A stretch of 64,000 nt of DNA from Spirochaetia bacterium (GTDB lineage Bacteria; Spirochaetota; Spirochaetia; UBA9216). The notes under the pieces are model-generated. The model was not told where the DNA came from. It was given only the letters and a program-made list of their open reading frames with translations, and made no database searches. This document shows, in pieces, positions 60,202 through 64,000 of this stretch. Location: contig OY776510.1 of the NCBI GenBank assembly GCA_963675665.1, positions 3,712,001-3,776,000 on the forward strand, in the 5' to 3' direction. The translations under genes and the position numbers were made by a program. Every line of letters starts with the position of its first letter. The stretch's first letter is position 1.

Positions 60202-61074
60202 CTATAACCCCCTCATCCATTGCGGTCTCATACCTATTTCTCCATCAAGGGCTTGTTCAATTTTCGAAATAAGCCTGTTCCTGTCTGCAGGCAGAGTTCC
60301 CCTTAATGCAAGCGCATTTGATGCATGATTTGACCTGAATATAATGTTGCCGGGAGGATCTATCAGTTTTATCAGAAGCTTTTCTTCTTCCAGCATTCCT
60401 TCATCGGTTTGCGATGTAAAATTATCAAACGCATCAGTAAATTGTTTCTTTGCAGTAGGGCTGAGCATGAGAGACAATGTCGATAGAAACGCAGGAACAG
60501 CCTGACTTACAAGCTCCGCACTCTTTTCAATATGTTCGCGCCATAGTTCTTTTCCACCCAGGCCGGTAATAATTGTTGCTGAAACATCGATCCCGTTATC
60601 CATCGCTTTAATTATGGCTTCTTTATGATTTGCAAAAAGCGCGCCCTTATTAATCTTCTTCAAAATCAAATCGGAACCCGATTCGATTCCCAGGTAAAGA
60701 AGCGTCAGTCCCGCCTCCGAAAGCTTTTTCAGTTCCGAAGCGGTTTTCTTCAACAAGTTACCGGGATTAGCATAAATCGAAACCCGCTGAATTGACGGAA
60801 AAACAGAATGAAGTTTGTCCAGAATCTGCATCAGCTTATCGGTATCCAGCGCCATAGCATCGCCATCCGCCAGGAAAACCCTGCGAACAGGTCCGTAAGC
60901 CGACATGATATCAATCTCGTCAAGAATATCTTTAATATTTCTTTCTTTGTAAGTTTTTGACTTATACATCTCACAAAACGTACACCGGTTATGGCTGCAA
61001 CCGAGTGTTGCCTGAATTATCAGGCTGTTTGCTTCTGAAGGAGGTCTGAATAACGGTTCGTCATAGAATATCAT
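60202..61074 (-). CDS. Radical SAM protein
   Basis: FRPPSEA, CSHNRCTFC (CxxxCxxC), FLADGD, GIESG, FRSNHASN. Confidence 0.92.
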   Translation of the reverse strand: MIFYDEPLFRPPSEANSLIIQATLGCSHNRCTFCEMYKSKTYKERNIKDILDEIDIMSAYGPVRRVFLADGDAMALDTDKLMQILDKLHSVFPSIQRVSIYANPGNLLKKTASELKKLSEAGLTLLYLGIESGSDLILKKINKGALFANHKEAIIKAMDNGIDVSATIITGLGGKELWREHIEKSAELVSQAVPAFLSTLSLMLSPTAKKQFTDAFDNFTSQTDEGMLEEEKLLIKLIDPPGNIIFRSNHASNALALRGTLPADRNRLISKIEQALDGEIGMRPQWMRGL

Positions 61075-61105
61075 ATCATCATATTACAGTTTTTTATTTT
61101 TATAT

Positions 61106-61852
61106 TCAATCTGACGGATTTGCCCGCTGTCTTCTCAATTCTTCGCACATGATTTCATGACACTTCAACGCAAGCACGGCAGGATCGGAACCTTTTTCAA
61201 CTTCAACAGGCGGCATTACATGCATGTGCAGAATAAATACCCCGTTTACAATAATACCGCTTTTCGGAAGCGCCTGATACGCGCCGTCGAGCAGCACAGG
61301 AAGGACCGGAGTGCCTGTTCCTGTTGCGGATCTGAACGCTCCCTTTTTAAAATCGGCTATCTCACCATTGCGGGTTCTTGTTCCTTCAGGATACACAAGC
61401 AAAGAGTCCCCATAGTTCAACAACGCTTCCATTTTTCTTATTGCCTCAAACTGGCTCTTGCGGCTTTTCCTGTCCACAAACAGGTGTCCGCCTATTACCA
61501 GGTTCCATCCCAGAAAAGGTACTCTTGACAGTACTTTCTTACCGATCATCTTGCATGGATAAAACAGAATGAAAGACAAAAGAATATCCAGAAGCGACTG
61601 ATGGTTCATAACTACAACATGGGCTTTTGATCTGTCCAGATTCTCACGACCTGTAACCTTAACCCTGAAAACAGGGCTGATAAACAGGGCAAAACGGGCA
61701 AATGCCGAACCAATGTAATGTACTGCATGTCTTTTTTTATCAAATGCAAAGGTAAAAAGAAAAACAACCGCCTGAATCGGTGTATAAATTATAAAGAGCA
61801 GAAATATCTCAGCCCATGTAAAAATCGAAGCTGCAGCATATAAAAAATACAT
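61106..61852 (-). CDS. plsC: 1-acyl-sn-glycerol-3-phosphate acyltransferase
   Basis: NHQSLLD, FVDR, YPEGTRT, FKKGAF. Confidence 0.88.
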   Translation of the reverse strand: MYFLYAAASIFTWAEIFLLFIIYTPIQAVVFLFTFAFDKKRHAVHYIGSAFARFALFISPVFRVKVTGRENLDRSKAHVVVMNHQSLLDILLSFILFYPCKMIGKKVLSRVPFLGWNLVIGGHLFVDRKSRKSQFEAIRKMEALLNYGDSLLVYPEGTRTRNGEIADFKKGAFRSATGTGTPVLPVLLDGAYQALPKSGIIVNGVFILHMHVMPPVEVEKGSDPAVLALKCHEIMCEELRRQRANPSD

Positions 61853-61914
61853 CTTAATCTCCTATAAAAAGTCAACCACAAGCTAAAAATATAAGCTTAT
61901 GATCTGGTCGGATA

Positions 61915-63027
61915 TCAACCGACCATTACAGCTTCCCATGCTGCTGCCTGCATTTCCCTGTATTCTTTTCTAAAAGCCATTTTCATCGGATCAAACGGCT
62001 CTCTGGTTTTTAAAATTGTATATACCAAAGTGCTCATCTTGCGGGCGGCAGCTATTACACTCTTACCCGAGCCTTTCTGCTTCTTCATCGCTGCATACTT
62101 CGTCATTATTCGGTACGTCCCGGTCTTCTTTTGCATACGAACCATTCCCATCACCATCTGTACGAAGGCTGTCCTCAGTTCTACAGGCCCACGCTTTGTT
62201 ATATGTCCATGATGTATTGTCATATTTGAGTTCTGCACCCATGGCACAAGCCCGGCGTTTGCTGCATATTTCTTCGCACTATCATATCTGCCGATATCGT
62301 CTGTATAGGCTCTTACTGTTGCTGCTGTTATTAGACCCACGCCTGGTATTGTCTGCAGAAGCTCAACATCTTCATCGTCCTCCACAAGCTCAGCCAAAAC
62401 CTTTTCAAGCTGCTTGACTTGCGATGCCTGATTATCTATCATATCCAGTAACGGTATTACCGTTTTGGCAGCGCTTCCGTAAAAGTCGTGGTCCTCGAGA
62501 CCGTTCAGGATTCGCTGCCTTTCTTTTTTACTCTGCAGCTGTCCGCGTTTGGTCTCTATTCCATAACCAAGTAATAAGCCATGCACCTGGTTCTTTAACG
62601 ACACAACAGATTTTACCAGTATCGACCTGGATTTCAGCACCCTTCGAATATCCTCACTCTCTTGGGAACATAATATCGATTCAGGCAGCATGTCTTTCTC
62701 AAGAAACTCCGCCAGGGTGCGTGCATCATGTTTGTCTGTCTTTTTTACAGATTCATTCACTACCTTGAATTTCAAAGTATTCACTACAACCACTTCGACT
62801 CCAGCCTTTAACAGTTTATTGCGGAAATAACGGGCATTCCCGGTTGTTTCCACCGCTGCTCTCAACTCATATTCCTCTTCACAATATTCATCCAGCATTT
62901 TCAGAAATGCTCCATAACCATTTCCGCTGGTCGGATACATTCCCAATTGATCAATTTTTCGGTCTTCACTTAAAAGGCATACTGTAAACTGCGTTTTGTG
63001 AAGATCCACGCCAATACTCATCTTCAT
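61915..63027 (-). CDS. IS110-family DEDD recombinase/transposase
   Basis: Protein identical to 53016..54128. Confidence 0.96.
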   Translation of the reverse strand: MKMSIGVDLHKTQFTVCLLSEDRKIDQLGMYPTSGNGYGAFLKMLDEYCEEEYELRAAVETTGNARYFRNKLLKAGVEVVVVNTLKFKVVNESVKKTDKHDARTLAEFLEKDMLPESILCSQESEDIRRVLKSRSILVKSVVSLKNQVHGLLLGYGIETKRGQLQSKKERQRILNGLEDHDFYGSAAKTVIPLLDMIDNQASQVKQLEKVLAELVEDDEDVELLQTIPGVGLITAATVRAYTDDIGRYDSAKKYAANAGLVPWVQNSNMTIHHGHITKRGPVELRTAFVQMVMGMVRMQKKTGTYRIMTKYAAMKKQKGSGKSVIAAARKMSTLVYTILKTREPFDPMKMAFRKEYREMQAAAWEAVMVG

Positions 63028-63062
63028 GTTCTATCTCCAATAGTTTGAAGCAGTGCCTATAC

Positions 63063-63215
63063 GGTGAATTGTTCCATTCTCCTATCCGGTCTCGCAGACC
63101 ATTGAATGTTTCGGTTACGGCTCTTCAATCTCCTAAACGGTCTCGCGGACCAGTAAAAATGTCGAACAGTAACCTTACTGCCTCAATTAAAGTTAAGGCA
63201 GTATATCAATTCACC
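63063..63215 (-). ncRNA. Predicted bridge RNA (IS110 copy 2)
   Basis: Reverse complement of 52828-52980. Confidence 0.8.
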
Positions 63216-64000
63216 AGCTCATGAAGACTTTTTATCATTCCTCCTATAAAATACAGGCGCGAACCGAAGTCTCCTACAAGCCTCGTTTTTTCGGTGTAGC
63301 CCGTTCCGGTGAATTGATGGTAAGGTCTTATTCCAGCGAACATCAGTTCGTCGCCGAAAGCTTCAAATTCCTCTACCTCGTTTTCCAACATATAGTTATT
63401 GCTGATAACAGTGTGAAGAATACCGTCGGCCTTCAGCTTTATCGGGCTGATATGATTTACCAGATTACCGAATGCACGGATATTCACATACTGTCTTCTT
63501 GTTATAACTTTATACATCATATCCGGTTCAAGGCCAACAGTTTTAAGCTGCTCAAAACCTCCGTTTGGTTTCTGCAGAATCTGGTAATAACCGAGAACGG
63601 CATTTTTTTTATCTTTGCTTACAGTAATCCATAACGGCTGGTTATCTGAAAACGGAGATTTTAACCGGTAAAAATCTCCGTACTGAAAGAGGCTGCGCCG
63701 GCTTTTATAGTCGGTTATCTGCTGTTTTATTGTTTTCTTTTCAAAATTGGAAAGTTTCGTCAGATCCAGTTCATAGCCCAGAAGACCGAAAGCTGCAACA
63801 TTGAATCTTGTCTCAAGAGGCGTATTACGCAGTACCTGATGCGAAGGCGCGGCGCTTACGTGCGCCCCCATTACCGACGGCGGGTATACCATTGAAGTAC
63901 CGTACTGAATACTGATTCTTTCAACCGCGTCGGTATTGTCGCTTGTCCAGGTCTGGGGCATATAGTACAGCATTCCGAGATCAAAGCGGTTTCCGCCGCT
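63206..64000 (-). CDS. GH36 alpha-galactosidase, 5'-truncated by the window; C-terminus altered by the IS
   Basis: SGGNRFDLGMLYYMPQTWTSDNTDA, GAHVS, LGYELDL, GDFYRL, GDFGSRL. Confidence 0.92.
   Translation of the reverse strand, partial: SGGNRFDLGMLYYMPQTWTSDNTDAVERISIQYGTSMVYPPSVMGAHVSAAPSHQVLRNTPLETRFNVAAFGLLGYELDLTKLSNFEKKTIKQQITDYKSRRSLFQYGDFYRLKSPFSDNQPLWITVSKDKKNAVLGYYQILQKPNGGFEQLKTVGLEPDMMYKVITRRQYVNIRAFGNLVNHISPIKLKADGILHTVISNNYMLENEVEEFEAFGDELMFAGIRPYHQFTGTGYTEKTRLVGDFGSRLYFIGGMIKSLHELVN

Larger units (their letters stand above)
61859..63240 (-). mobile_element. IS110-family insertion sequence, copy 2 (1382 bp, inverted relative to copy 1)
   Basis: Same ends and identical protein; one substitution noticed (54137 vs 61906). 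Confidence 0.95.

Overview
Bacterial chromosomal window, most likely from a free-living spirochaete. The evidence is two periplasmic-flagellum sheath flaA genes and a flhO-flgG-flgJ-rpoS-deacetylase-tsaD block that resembles the Borrelia rpoS locus. Ordinary content includes recQ, a Yip1/TolC/MacAB-type export operon, tatD, fba, acetate transporters, xylAB, tRNA-Thr(CGT), a TRAP transporter, c-di-GMP enzymes and a GH36 alpha-galactosidase. The most unusual signals are: (1) two near-identical 1382-bp IS110 elements, each inserted exactly in a Shine-Dalgarno sequence, whose upstream non-coding end reads as a bridge-RNA with guides matching TAGGAG; (2) an unrelated IS1111-type element inserted in a REP-like palindrome, with readable target and donor guides in its downstream non-coding end; (3) a 108-bp mini-element sharing the IS110 ends, which belongs to a three-hairpin intercistronic repeat family with 3 copies here; (4) a His-rich domain-sCache-PAS-DUF294 nucleotidyltransferase fusion beside actP/satP; (5) a tRNA-Thr-derived repeat/spacer array; (6) a sigma54 promoter upstream of rpoS and several apparently leaderless genes. 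All calls were made by eye; no database search or folding program was run.
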